Shown: one piece after another, positions 1 to 10,184 of the stretch
Numbering within the stretch: position 1 is the stretch's first letter
Layout of the letters: the number at the start of each line of letters is the position of its first letter
Assembly (NCBI GenBank): GCA_964016885.1
Contig: OZ024764.1
Location: forward strand, 13,206,001 to 13,270,000
From: Eledone cirrhosa
Taxonomy: Eukaryota
Direction: 5' to 3'
DNA: 64,000 bases
Notes under the pieces: model-generated
What the model was told of the DNA's origin: nothing
The model's database searches: none
The model's input: the letters and a program-made list of their open reading frames with translations, nothing else
Translations under genes and position numbers: made by a program

Positions 1-28
1 TTGCCAATTTTCCACACACACATATATG

Positions 29-265
29 GTGGAGGCACGTGGTTTAGTGGTCAGGGTGTTGTGGGTTCTATTCTTGAGCAAAACACTTCATTTCACGTTG
101 CTCCAGTATACTCAGCTGAAATTGAGTACCAGCAATAGCTGGGGGTTTAACCCTGCGATGGACTGACGTCCTGTCCAGGGGGAGTCTTGTACTCTCAGTC
201 GCTTCACGCTATGAAACCGGGATAATCACTGGCCAAATGAGCCTTCTGGCTTAAGACAGACTTTA
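29..265 (+). mobile_element. tRNA-derived SINE (partially deleted head)
   Basis: A-box-like TGGTTTAGTGG, then CTTGAGCAAAACACTTCATTTCACGTTGCTCCAG shared with the SINEs at 32015 and 34943. Confidence 0.7.
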
Positions 266-271
266 GACTTA

Positions 272-510
272 GACACCCAGTCCACTCTGTAAAGTAGTAG
301 TGGTGTTGCCATGATAAAATAAACCCAGTCCACTCTGTAAAGTAGTAGTGGTGTTGCCATGATAAAATACACCCAGTACACTCTGTAAAGTAGTCGTGCT
401 GGTGCCATGATAAAATACAGCCAGTCCACTCTGTAAAGTAGTAGTGGTGTTGCCATGATAAAATACACCCAGTCCACTGTAAAGTAGTAGTGGTGTTGCC
501 ATGATAAAAT
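272..510. repeat. ~48-bp minisatellite, 5 copies
   Basis: Unit CACCCAGTCCACTCTGTAAAGTAGTAGTGGTGTTGCCATGATAAAATA. Confidence 0.9.
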
Positions 511-639
511 GCATGTTTTGCATAGCTATGGCTTTCAAAATATTTATTTATAAACATGCCGTATTTCTTTAGAAATACGAAATTCCAATACATAACTGTA
601 TACAGCTATGCTCGAAGCTAAATTCTAATTCTATTATTA

Positions 640-1462
640 TAGTGAATGGGCCTACCCTGAGCATGTGCCTGTAGTATCGTAGGAGGAAAACTAGAAGAGG
701 GCTTTTGCCCTAGCGGTCAGGGTAACTGTGGCTTTTCTTGTGGGCTTTCTCCACGAGTGACCCTCGGAGGTCTCCCCACCCTATTGGGGAATTTTTCATT
801 ATTTCCTTTTTTTGTCACATCCTGTTTTTGTCTTTTTACGCAGAAATGCCCATTTGTACCGTCCTGTGCTGTCCTTAATGTTATACTTTATGTCAACCCT
901 TGTGGTTAATAAAGGAAACATTATTATTATTATTATCACTATTATAAAATCAGGGTGGAGAGGCAAGTGCTATCTTCTAGTAAGTTTGTTGAACTGTAGG
1001 TGAAAGTGGCGAATCTGGTCCGAGTGAACGGGCCCGCTCTGAGTATGCGCCTATAGACTGAGGAGTGGAAAACTGAGAGAGGGCGCTTGCCCTGGTGGTC
1101 AGAGTGGCTGTAGTCTTTTGTGTGGTTTTCTCCACAAGCGACCCTTGAAAGTCTCCCCCCTAATGGAGAATTTTTCATTGTTTCCTAATTTTGTCACATA
1201 CTGTTTTTTTGTTTTTTTTTACACGCAAAAATTCCCATTTGTACTGTCCTGTAATGTCCTGTATTCTCCTGTACTGTCCTGTACCGTCCTGTATTGTCCA
1301 GTACCGTCATGTACTGTCCTGTACCGTCTTGTATTGTCCAGTACCATCCTGTATTGTCCTTAATGTCCTGTACCGTCATGTACTGTCCAGTATCGTCCTG
1401 TACTGTCCTGTATGTTATACTTTGTGTCAACCCTTGTGGTTAATAAAGAAAACATTATTATA
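640..1462 (+). mobile_element. Two tandem 3' fragments of an L1/Tx1-like LINE
   Basis: Homologous copies at ~640-940 and ~955-1462 end CCCTTGTGGTTAATAAAG(G)AAACATTATT. The second has a degenerate ORF end and an internal (CTGTA)n expansion. Related to 17850-18150. Clade assignment is tentative. Confidence 0.6.
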
Positions 1463-1596
1463 GTTGTTATTGTTGATGATACTATAACTGAGTCAATCTG
1501 AGATTATCAGATCAATCGTGTAGCAATCACTTCTTATCTCATCAATGGATTAAATTACATAACTGTCCTTGTTGATATCTAGATCTTGTTGTTATT

Positions 1597-1920
1597 GGTG
1601 GATCAGCAGAATCGGTAGAGCATCGGACAACATGCTTAACAGCATAGAGTTATGGCCCTTTATGTTCTGAGTTCAAATCCCACCAACAAGAAGAACAACA
1701 GCAGCAACAGTAACAACAACAACAGCAGCAACAGTAACAACAACAACAGCAACACCACCACCACCAGCAACAACAGCAACACCAACAGCAGTAACAGCAC
1801 CACCACCACCAACAACAGTAACAACAACAACAACACCACCAGCAGTAACAGTAACAACAGTAACTCAACACCACTACCACCACCAACAACAGCAGCAATA
1901 ACAACAGCAACAACAACAAC
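1597..1920 (+). repeat. SINE 5' fragment (1597-1685) followed by (AAC/AGC/ACC)n microsatellite
   Basis: GGTGGATCAGCAGAATCGGTAGAG...GAGTTCAAATCCCACC, then a trinucleotide tract. Confidence 0.8.
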
Positions 1921-2159
1921 TATTATATTTGAAAGAGAAGAATCTTTATTTCTTCAATTTAAATATTTCAGATTTCTTAAAATATTTTTTTTTAACAAAA
2001 TTAAAAACAAAAAATAAAATATTAGAATAAAACAAACTTGATTATTTATTATTTTTATTATTTTTTTTAATTTTTAATGAAACAACAACAATTTGAATAA
2101 ATAAATGAATTCATATTTTAATAAAATACATAGAACAGTTTAGTTTGGTTTGGTGGGTG

Positions 2160-2201
2160 GGTCTGTCTGTCTGTCTAGCTGTCTGTGGGTGTGTCTGCAT
2201 T

Positions 2202-2283
<82 letters not shown>

Positions 2284-2378
2284 GGGTAAAGAGACCATTC
2301 CAGCTGTGTGTCTGCATTTATGTCTGTGTGTGTGTGTCTGCATTTATGTCTCTGTGTGTGTGTGTGTGTGTCTGCATT

Positions 2379-2464
<86 letters not shown>

Positions 2465-2549
2465 TGCATGTGTGTGTGTGTAAAGGGTAAAGAGACCATT
2501 CCAGCTGTGTCTGCATTTATGTCTGTGTGTGTGTGTGTCTCTGCATTTA

Positions 2550-2585
<36 letters not shown>

Positions 2586-2820
2586 TGCATTTATGTATGT
2601 GTGTGTGTGTGTGTGTAAAGGGTAAAGAGACCATTCCGGCTGTGTGTGTCTGCATTTATGCCTGTCTGTCTGTGTGTGTGTGTCTGCATTTATGTAGGTG
2701 TGTGTGTGTGTAAAGGGTAAAGAGACCATTCCGTCTGTGTGTGTCTGCATTTATGTATGTGTGTGTGTGTGTAAAGGGTAAAGAGACCATTCCGTCTGTG
2801 TGCGTCTGCATTTATGTATG

Positions 2821-2858
<38 letters not shown>

Positions 2859-2880
2859 GGGTAAAGAGACTATTCCGTCA
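2160..2880. repeat. Compound (GT)n array with recurring TAAAGGGTAAAGAGACCATTCC and CTGCATTTATG blocks
   Basis: Directly visible. Confidence 0.9.
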
Positions 2881-3049
2881 CAAATGACCATGGTATTTGC
2901 ACCTAGAAAGTTCTTTTCTGAGGTACAAGTGCAGGTAAAGTTGCCCATGTATACCAGTCTCTCCTCTCCATGCCACTGATGAGGTCCAAGGGAAAGGCTA
3001 TGGCTGATACAGCTTGGTAGCAGTGACGTCGCAACTCATTTCTACAGCT

Positions 3050-3292
3050 GAGTAAACACCAACCTCATTTACAGTGAGTGCTGGGTGCTTTTTTTGCCGT
3101 GGCACTTCCACTACCACTTTGCAGTGGAATGATAGGGACCCCAGTCCCTATCATCTCATTTCTACAGCTGAGTAAACTGGAACAATGTGAAATAAAGTGT
3201 CTTGCTCCAGGAAACAACACATCACCCGGTCTGAGAATTGAACTCACAACCTTTCAATTGCAAGGCCAATGCTCTAACCACTAAGCCATGCA
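3050..3292 (-). mobile_element. tRNA-derived SINE with RTE-like tail (family B), 3'-truncated
   Basis: Near-identical to 32015-32355, 34943-35290 and 36430-36775. Confidence 0.85.
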
Positions 3293-3411
3293 TATATATG
3301 ACCGAAAAGTGGAATATGGTGTTGACACATCCCGATGACAGAATTTGTGATAGCATATAAGAAGGAATTCGGATAATATTCAACCACTCTCAAACATGAG
3401 ACTATGTTAAA

Positions 3412-3503
3412 ACATATCTGATGAGCTTCCGATTCCAGAGTCAGGTTTGATCATTAATAGATCGTTCCTTGAGCTGATCGACAATGAAACATGTGTAATA
3501 TGT
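3412..3503 (+). ncRNA. Type I hammerhead ribozyme motif with extended stem II (Penelope-like end)
   Basis: ACATAT-CTGATGA-(61 nt)-GAAAC-ATGT-GTA-ATATGT. Stem I is ACATAT/ATATGT, the core is intact, stem III is minimal, and the cleavage triplet is GUA. Confidence 0.65.
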
Positions 3504-3555
3504 AATTAAATATGCATATGATACAACACTGATTTTTTGTTCCTTTATATATTAA

Positions 3556-3590
<35 letters not shown>

Positions 3591-3594
3591 TATA

Positions 3595-4492
3595 ATGTTT
3601 ATTCACTTTCGCCAAACAATTGCTGCTTCAACTACCCCTACTACGGTGTAACCATGTAATCGTAACGTTCACGTTTTTCCTATCTCCTCCACACACCACA
3701 ATTTCGTACAAACATCCAATCCCGCAAAATCCGAAATCTGTATTTTTTGTTATTTATTAAGGTTTAAATACGGTGTTTTTGTCGTATTGAACAGAACAAA
3801 TCTTGCAGTTTTGCTTTTTGTTACTCGCTGGTAAACATTCATAACCTTCCAGCTAGCTAATTCTATCGTATTCTCCAATTCCTTAAATTCCTTAATTCCA
3901 TCGTATTCCCAAACAAAAAAACAAAATCCTTCCCATTCTTAATTCTATCGTATCCTCCAATTCCCTAATTCTATCGTATTCTCAAACAAAAAAACAAAAA
4001 ACAACAAAATCCTTTCCATTCTACTTCTTATAATTTACTTTAAATATATATATCATGCTACCTCGAAAGTCAAAAATCCCGCTCATACACCCTTCACCCA
4101 CCATTTTCTTCACGAGGGGTTGCGGTCAGCCACTCTCTCTCTCTCTCTCTCCCCCTTCCCACTCTCTCTCTCTCTCTCTTAGCTACACACACACACACAC
4201 ATATATATATAAGATAAATTCCCGTTCATGTTTATTCACTTTCGCCAAACAATTGCTGCTTCAACTACCCCTACTACGGTGTAACCATGTAATCGTAACG
4301 TTCACGTTTTTCCTATCTCCTCCACACACCACAATTTCGTACAAACATCCAATCCCGCAAAATCCGAAATCTGTATTTTTTGTTATTTATTAAGGTTTAA
4401 ATACGGTGTTTTTGTCGTATTGAACAGAACAAATCTTGCAGTTTTGCTTTTTGTTACTCGCTGGTAAACATTCATAACCTTCCAGCTAGCTA
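3595..4492 (+). repeat. 265-bp direct repeat pair (3595-3859 and 4228-4492)
   Basis: ATGTTTATTCACTTTCGCC...CCTTCCAGCTAGCTA occurs twice, 633 bp apart, identical by eye. Confidence 0.9.
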
Positions 4493-4703
4493 CCCCACAT
4501 CCCTCCCACCCGCCCCCACACACCACCATTCTTAATACGTGGACCAATCATAAGCCAGAGACCCCCCCCACACGCATCACCATTATTACTATAAGCCAGA
4601 GACCCCCCCCCCCACACGCATCACCATTATTATTATTACGCGGACCAATCATAAGCCAGAGGCCTATACTATCGCTTGCACGGTTGCCTTCGATATATGA
4701 TGG

Positions 4704-4922
4704 ATGGATGGATGGACGGACTGCGGAATCCTGGAGAGTGGAAGGGAGAGGAAAATCTGGACGCTCAGAGCGAAAATGCCAATGCTAAAGTCAAATTCAC
4801 CTCGTGGACGAGAATGCGAGCACTCTTCTTTGTTTCGCCCGCGGATGGCTAACATAACCCCATCTCCCCCCGCCCCACACCACCCCCAAACGCGATCCAA
4901 AACTTCAGAGTTGGTACCATAA
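4704..4922 (+). CDS. Short upstream ORF overlapping RTE ORF2 (possible ORF1/leader)
   Basis: 72-aa ORF starting in a (GATG)n run. Overlaps the ATG-less 5' part of ORF2, which lies in the -1 frame. Confidence 0.35.
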   Translation: MDGWTDCGILESGRERKIWTLRAKMPMLKSNSPRGRECEHSSLFRPRMANITPSPPAPHHPQTRSKTSELVP

Positions 4923-7900
4923 ATGTAGGCACCCTAAAGGGGCGCGCTAACGAGGTTGTAGAAATGCTTGAACGTAAGGAGGTCGATGTTTGTTGTATTC
5001 AAGAGACCAGGTGGAGGGGTGGGTCTGCTAGATTCATTGAGGGTAAAAAACGATGTTATAAGCTTTTCTGGGTGGGAAACGACGATGGGCTGGGTGGAGT
5101 AGGAATCATGGTAGCAGAAAAGTGGGCGGATAAGATAATAGACGTAAATAGAGTGAACGACAGAATAATTAAAATACGACTTGTCCTCAATAGAACTACG
5201 GTGACAGTAATATCTGCGTATGCACCCCAATCCGGACTGCCCGGCACTATAAAAGACAGATTCTATGAGACACTGATGCTCACTACCTCCCAAATATCTG
5301 ACAGTGACTATATAATTATTGCAGGCGACCTAAATGGTCACGTTGGGCAACATTGTGACGGCTACGACGAAATCCATGGAGGCTATGGGTTTGGTACTAG
5401 AAATGAGGAAGGCTCCAGAATCCTGGAATTCTGTGATGCAAATAACCTAACTATCTGTAACACTAACTTCAAAAAACGTGACAATCACCTGATCACCTAT
5501 AGATCCGGGGAACACACAAGCCAGGTAGATTATATCCTTACCAGAAGACGTGACAGAGTGTCTGTTGTAAACACTAAATCCCTCCCCCATGAAGAATGCA
5601 CCTCCCAACATAGACTGATAATTAGCGACCTCATAGTCAGGTCGAGACGTACTCGACAGCAGAAGAGGACTATCCTCAGGAGAAAAATATGGAAGCTAAA
5701 GGACCCCACAGCCAAAAATAAATTTCAAAACATATTACTTGATGCTTTCGACAGTAAGGAAGAACACTTAGAGTCGGACAATATAGAGGGACAGTGGGAA
5801 TTTCTGAAAGCAAACCTGCTGTTGGCCACAGACGAAGTCTGTGGCTGGAGCAGGCCTGTAGGCAGGAGGAGAGTAACATGGTGGTGGAACAGTAAGGTGG
5901 AGGAGTCAATTAAGGCCAAAAAGCAGGCTTGGAAAGTATGGCGGGATGGGGGAAGTAGAGTAGACTATCAAGTGGCCAGGAGGGAAGCTAGGAGAGAAGT
6001 GTACTTAGCAAGAAGGGAAGCTGAGGAAAGAAAGTTCAAGCATGTCCTACAACGCGATGACCAAAAACGTGAGGTGTTCAGGATTGCTAGGCAATGCGTC
6101 AAGGAAAACCGTGATATTGTCGGGGAGAAGTGTGTACTTAACGATGATGGCATACTTGCCATCACCGACACTGATAAGAAGGCAGCTTGGAAGTGTCACT
6201 ATGAAAGGCTACTAAATGAGGAGAATAAATGGGAGAAAGACAGTCTCCCCCATGTCGACCCAATAGAGGGACCAGCAGTGTTAGTCGAGGGGAGTATAAT
6301 AAGTAAGGCAATCAAGGATATGAAGACAGGTAAGGCGGCTGGGCCTTCGGAAATAGTTGCTGAGATGCTGAAGGCATCTGGCACGGTGGGACACACCATG
6401 GTCACCCGCATAGTTAACCAAGTCGTACAGAATGGGGTTGTTCCGAAGGACTGGCATAGCAGCATCATCGTTAACTGTTATAAGGGTAAAGGAGACGCCC
6501 TAGATAGGAGTAACTATAGAGGCATTAAATTAATCGACCAGGTCATGAAGGTCACAGAAAAAGTAATAGCGCAACTAATCAGAGAGAGAATTGACCTAGA
6601 TGAAATGCAGTTCGGGTTTGTGTCAGGCAAAAGTACCACAGACGCTCTTTTCATAGTACGACAACTACAGGAGAAGTACCTAGCTAAAGGTAAACCCCTC
6701 TACTTAGCTTTTGTCGACTTGGAGAAAGCCTTCGACAGAGTCCCCCGCTCCATTATCTGGTGGGCTCTTAGAAAACTAGGCGTTGACGAATGGCTTGTGA
6801 GGGCTATACAAGCCATGTATAAAGAAACAGTCAGCAAGGTTAGAATTAACAACGAATATAGTGAAGAGTTTAGCGTAAAAGTTGGCGTCCATCAGGGCTC
6901 TGTTCTCAGCCCCCTACTATTTATTATTGCCCTTCAGGCTATAACAGAGGAGTTCAAGACAGGCTGCCCATGGGAACTCCTATACGCAGACGACCTGACA
7001 CTCATAGCGGAATCAATGGCCGAGCTAGAGAAGAAATTCCAAACATGGAAGCACGGCCTAGAGTCAAAAGGACTTAAAATTAACCTGGCTAAGACCAAAG
7101 TTCTAGTTTGTAGGAAAGAAAACAAGGCGGCGGTCCCTTCTGGGAAATGGTCGTGCTCGGTGTGTAGGAAAGGCGTAGGTAGAAACTCCATTTTGTGTCC
7201 TAAATGCAAAGTATGGGTGCATAAAAGATGTAGTGGGATCACAGGTAAGCTAACTAAGAACATAGATTTTACATGTGGCCGGTGTTCTGGTGCAATAAGT
7301 AGCAGCAAGTGCCCACACAATACTAGCTCTTTCAATTGCGCAGAGGGTTCTATAGAAATAGTGGACAGCTTCCGTTACCTGGGCGATAAAATCAGCAGTG
7401 GGGGAGGGTGCTCTGAAAGTACTGTAGCTAGAGTCAGAACTGGTTGGAAAAAGTTCAGAGAGCTTATACCACTATTAGCTGCTAAAGGGTTCTCCCTAAA
7501 AATGAAAGGCAGGTTGTACGATGCCTGCATACGAACAGCAATGTTGCATGGCAGTGAGACCTGGGCATTGTGTGCAGAGGATATACGCAGACTAGAGAGG
7601 AACGAAGCTTGCATGCTCCGCTGGATGTGTAACAGTAATATACGTGAACGGCAAAGCATAAACGAACTAAGGAAAAAATTAGAGATAAGAGGGATCAGAT
7701 GTTGTTTACTCGAGAGAAGGCTACGTTGGTATGGACACGTGATGCGCATGAAAGTCGATAGCTGTATAACAAAGTGCAGGGCAATAAAGATAGACGGTAG
7801 CCACGGAATAGGCAGACCTAGAAAAACCTGGGACGAGCTGATAAACTCCGACCTCACACACTTGCACCTCTCCAAGACAATGTCACTGGACCGAGACCTT

Positions 7901-7951
7901 TGGCGGTACTCAGTAACAGAGAAGACCCGCCTTGCCAGTAGGCATCTCTAA
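4853..7951 (+). CDS. RTE LINE ORF2: apurinic-like endonuclease + reverse transcriptase with PHD-finger insertion
   Basis: The frame is open from 4853 (FRVGTINVGTL motif upstream of the first ATG at 4964). Motifs: IQETRW, SAYAPQ, GDLNGHVG, QVDY, SQHRL, NYRGIKL, QFGF, FVDLEKAFD, GVHQGSVLSP, YADD, FRYLG, RRLRWYGHV, GRPRKTW. No stops. Confidence 0.95.
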   Translation, partial: HNPISPRPTPPPNAIQNFRVGTINVGTLKGRANEVVEMLERKEVDVCCIQETRWRGGSARFIEGKKRCYKLFWVGNDDGLGGVGIMVAEKWADKIIDVNRVNDRIIKIRLVLNRTTVTVISAYAPQSGLPGTIKDRFYETLMLTTSQISDSDYIIIAGDLNGHVGQHCDGYDEIHGGYGFGTRNEEGSRILEFCDANNLTICNTNFKKRDNHLITYRSGEHTSQVDYILTRRRDRVSVVNTKSLPHEECTSQHRLIISDLIVRSRRTRQQKRTILRRKIWKLKDPTAKNKFQNILLDAFDSKEEHLESDNIEGQWEFLKANLLLATDEVCGWSRPVGRRRVTWWWNSKVEESIKAKKQAWKVWRDGGSRVDYQVARREARREVYLARREAEERKFKHVLQRDDQKREVFRIARQCVKENRDIVGEKCVLNDDGILAITDTDKKAAWKCHYERLLNEENKWEKDSLPHVDPIEGPAVLVEGSIISKAIKDMKTGKAAGPSEIVAEMLKASGTVGHTMVTRIVNQVVQNGVVPKDWHSSIIVNCYKGKGDALDRSNYRGIKLIDQVMKVTEKVIAQLIRERIDLDEMQFGFVSGKSTTDALFIVRQLQEKYLAKGKPLYLAFVDLEKAFDRVPRSIIWWALRKLGVDEWLVRAIQAMYKETVSKVRINNEYSEEFSVKVGVHQGSVLSPLLFIIALQAITEEFKTGCPWELLYADDLTLIAESMAELEKKFQTWKHGLESKGLKINLAKTKVLVCRKENKAAVPSGKWSCSVCRKGVGRNSILCPKCKVWVHKRCSGITGKLTKNIDFTCGRCSGAISSSKCPHNTSSFNCAEGSIEIVDSFRYLGDKISSGGGCSESTVARVRTGWKKFRELIPLLAAKGFSLKMKGRLYDACIRTAMLHGSETWALCAEDIRRLERNEACMLRWMCNSNIRERQSINELRKKLEIRGIRCCLLERRLRWYGHVMRMKVDSCITKCRAIKIDGSHGIGRPRKTWDELINSDLTHLHLSKTMSLDRDLWRYSVTEKTRLASRHL

Positions 7952-8311
7952 CAAAATACACCCCGTCCCACCACCACCACCCCCACCCCATCCACACCAC
8001 CCCGTCCTATGTAAAGTTATGTTGGTGCCGCGCCATCCGGGCCGAAACAAATGAGATCGTGTAGGTGTCACGACAAAAAAACACACAGTCCACGCTGTAA
8101 TGTGGCCGTGTAGGCAACACGGTAAAAACCTCCCAGACCCACACTGTAAATGTGGTTGGTGTTAGGAAGGGCATCCAACTGTAGAAAACCTGCCAGACAG
8201 TCCTATGCGAGCAAGACAATCACTCTTGCCTCAAGTGGGACTACCCCCGTCCAAACCCATGCAAGCGTGGAACACGGACGTTAAACGTTGATGATGATGA
8301 TGATGATGATA

Positions 8312-8460
8312 ATTAATTATGTAATAAACAACATGAGCTTGTCTGTCTTCGTGAAACCTTTGGTAAATGGAATAATTTTCTTATGTTGTTTATTACATAA
8401 TTAAATAGCTCTGTAGCTTACATAGAGCACTCTCCTTTCCTTTACCCTTCCTACGGAAAT
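8312..8460. mobile_element. Palindromic Penelope-like end fragment
   Basis: Inverted arms TTAATTATGTAATAAACAACAT/ATGTTGTTTATTACATAATTAA. Relatives at 32725-32795 and 37440-37565. Confidence 0.55.
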
Positions 8461-8907
8461 ACTTCATATATATATATATATATATAAAGGATAAAGATAC
8501 CATAACCCCTTGTGGAATTGTAGAGGCACTGCCATACAGTGTCTAGGGCACTTTTAAGCCTGATGGAGTCCAACCCGCTCCAGGTTTGAACACAGCCAAC
8601 TTTTTCTATAGAGGAAGAATCAGCCCACCTCACCCACCACAAAGCCCTCAACAGATTTGTTAGCCAATATGTAGTGTAAACCCCCACATCATTAGTCTTA
8701 TCCCTTTAAACATTATTTAATAAGGCACAAGTGGTTTATTTAACCCCATTTGTATGCAGTGTAGCCCGCATTGTAATTGTCTAGCCCCTACACCTGTAAT
8801 TTCATAACCCCAAAAGAAATTTTGTTAACTCTTTAGTTACCAAGCCAGCCAAAACTAGCTCTGGTTCTATGAAATAAAGTCATACATTTTAAAGGTTGCC
8901 AATTTAA

Positions 8908-9131
8908 CCCTTTAATGTTCAAACTAGCCAAAACCGGCCATAATTCTCTACCCTTTTCTGTTGAAACTGGCTGTAACTGGTCACTCAAACTGATGTTAAG
9001 GTATTGTTCTCAAAATAAATACTTTCAAAATCTCATAGATTCGATATTATGTGAGATAATTATGCGAAGTAAAGCCTTTACCATGAAAATATAATAGTAT
9101 ATATATATAGAGTAATGTGAATGCTAAAGGG
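8908..9131. mobile_element. piggyBac-type MITE
   Basis: TTAA|CCCTTTA...ATGCTAAAGGG|TTAA; no ORF. Confidence 0.8.
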
Positions 9132-9134
9132 TTA

Positions 9135-9775
9135 AATTAACATCTTCCAGCATATCTTTATATAAGAACCTTACATTAAGTTACAATCTTACCAACCCAG
9201 CTAAAACCAGCTCTGGTTCTATGAAATAAACCCACATATTTTAAAGGTTTCCAATTTAAATTTAAATCTTCCAATATATTTTTATATAAGAACCTTACAT
9301 TAAGTTACAATTTTACCATCCCAGCCAAAACCAACTCTGGTTCTATGAAATAAAACCACATATTTTAAAGGTTTCCAATTAAAATCTTCCAACATAAGTT
9401 AATATTTTACCAACCCAGCCAAAACCAGCTCTGGTTCTATGAAATAAACCCACATATTTTAAAGGTTTCCAATTTAAATTAAAATCTCCCAATATATTTT
9501 TATATAAGAACCTTACATTAATAATAATATAATGATATAATGAAATTATTGTGTACAGTGCTCAGGTGCACTACAACTCATCAAAGGTGCATGTATAGTA
9601 CATAGAATAATTAAGTTACTATCTTACCAACCCAGCGAAAACCAGCTGTGATTCAATGAAATAAAACCACATATTTCAAAGGTTTCCAATTTAAATTAAA
9701 ATCTTCCAATATATTTTTATATAAGAACCTTACAATAAGTTACTATTTTACCAACCCAGCTCTATGAAATAAAAC
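9135..9775. repeat. ~100-125-bp degenerate tandem repeat
   Basis: Recurring ACCAACCCAGCCAAAACCAGCTCTGGTTCTATGAAATAAA...AAAGGTTTCCAATTTAAA. Confidence 0.8.
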
Positions 9776-10184
9776 TGCCCATATATAAATTTCTGTGGTT
9801 CTGTCACAACATGTAAAAAGAGGGGAGTAGTTTGACTAAGTCATACTAATCCTTTCTCTTTACATCTGCTGCCTGCGTGAATGTATGAGCGTGTAAAAGG
9901 AAGGAAGGGGAAGTGCATGTATTTGCGTGTTTATATTTATATACTCATACATAAAAATGTATGCATATGCTCATACACACACGCACACATATATATATAC
10001 ACACACACATACACATCACAGTGTGGAAATAAATCCTAGTTAGTAAAAACTTTACAGAATCAAAAATCAACTGCTTTAATCACTTTTAATACTGATGTTA
10101 AAAACAACAACAAAGAAGGAATAAATAAATAAATAGGAAAAAAATATTAAAAAAACAAACAAAAACTAGTTTAAACCAGTTTAA

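Larger units (their letters stand above)
4228..8310 (+). mobile_element. Apparently full-length RTE-clade non-LTR retrotransposon (5' boundary uncertain, may extend to 3595)
   Basis: Intact APE-RT ORF, ~340-nt 3' UTR and (GAT)n tail at 8290-8310. 5' region has repeated GGACCAATCA (CCAAT) motifs. Several 5'-truncated relatives occur in the window. Confidence 0.92.

Noticed and set aside
2973-3004. Hammerhead-like GCCA-CTGATGA-GGTCCAAGG-GAAA-GGCTA-TGGC
   Set aside because: Stem II cannot pair, and related copies (e.g. 34563) read GATGTTGTCC, so the core looks coincidental.
3595-4492. TRIM/LTR element
   Set aside because: Repeats lack a TG...CA end, and no PBS, PPT or target-site duplication is evident.
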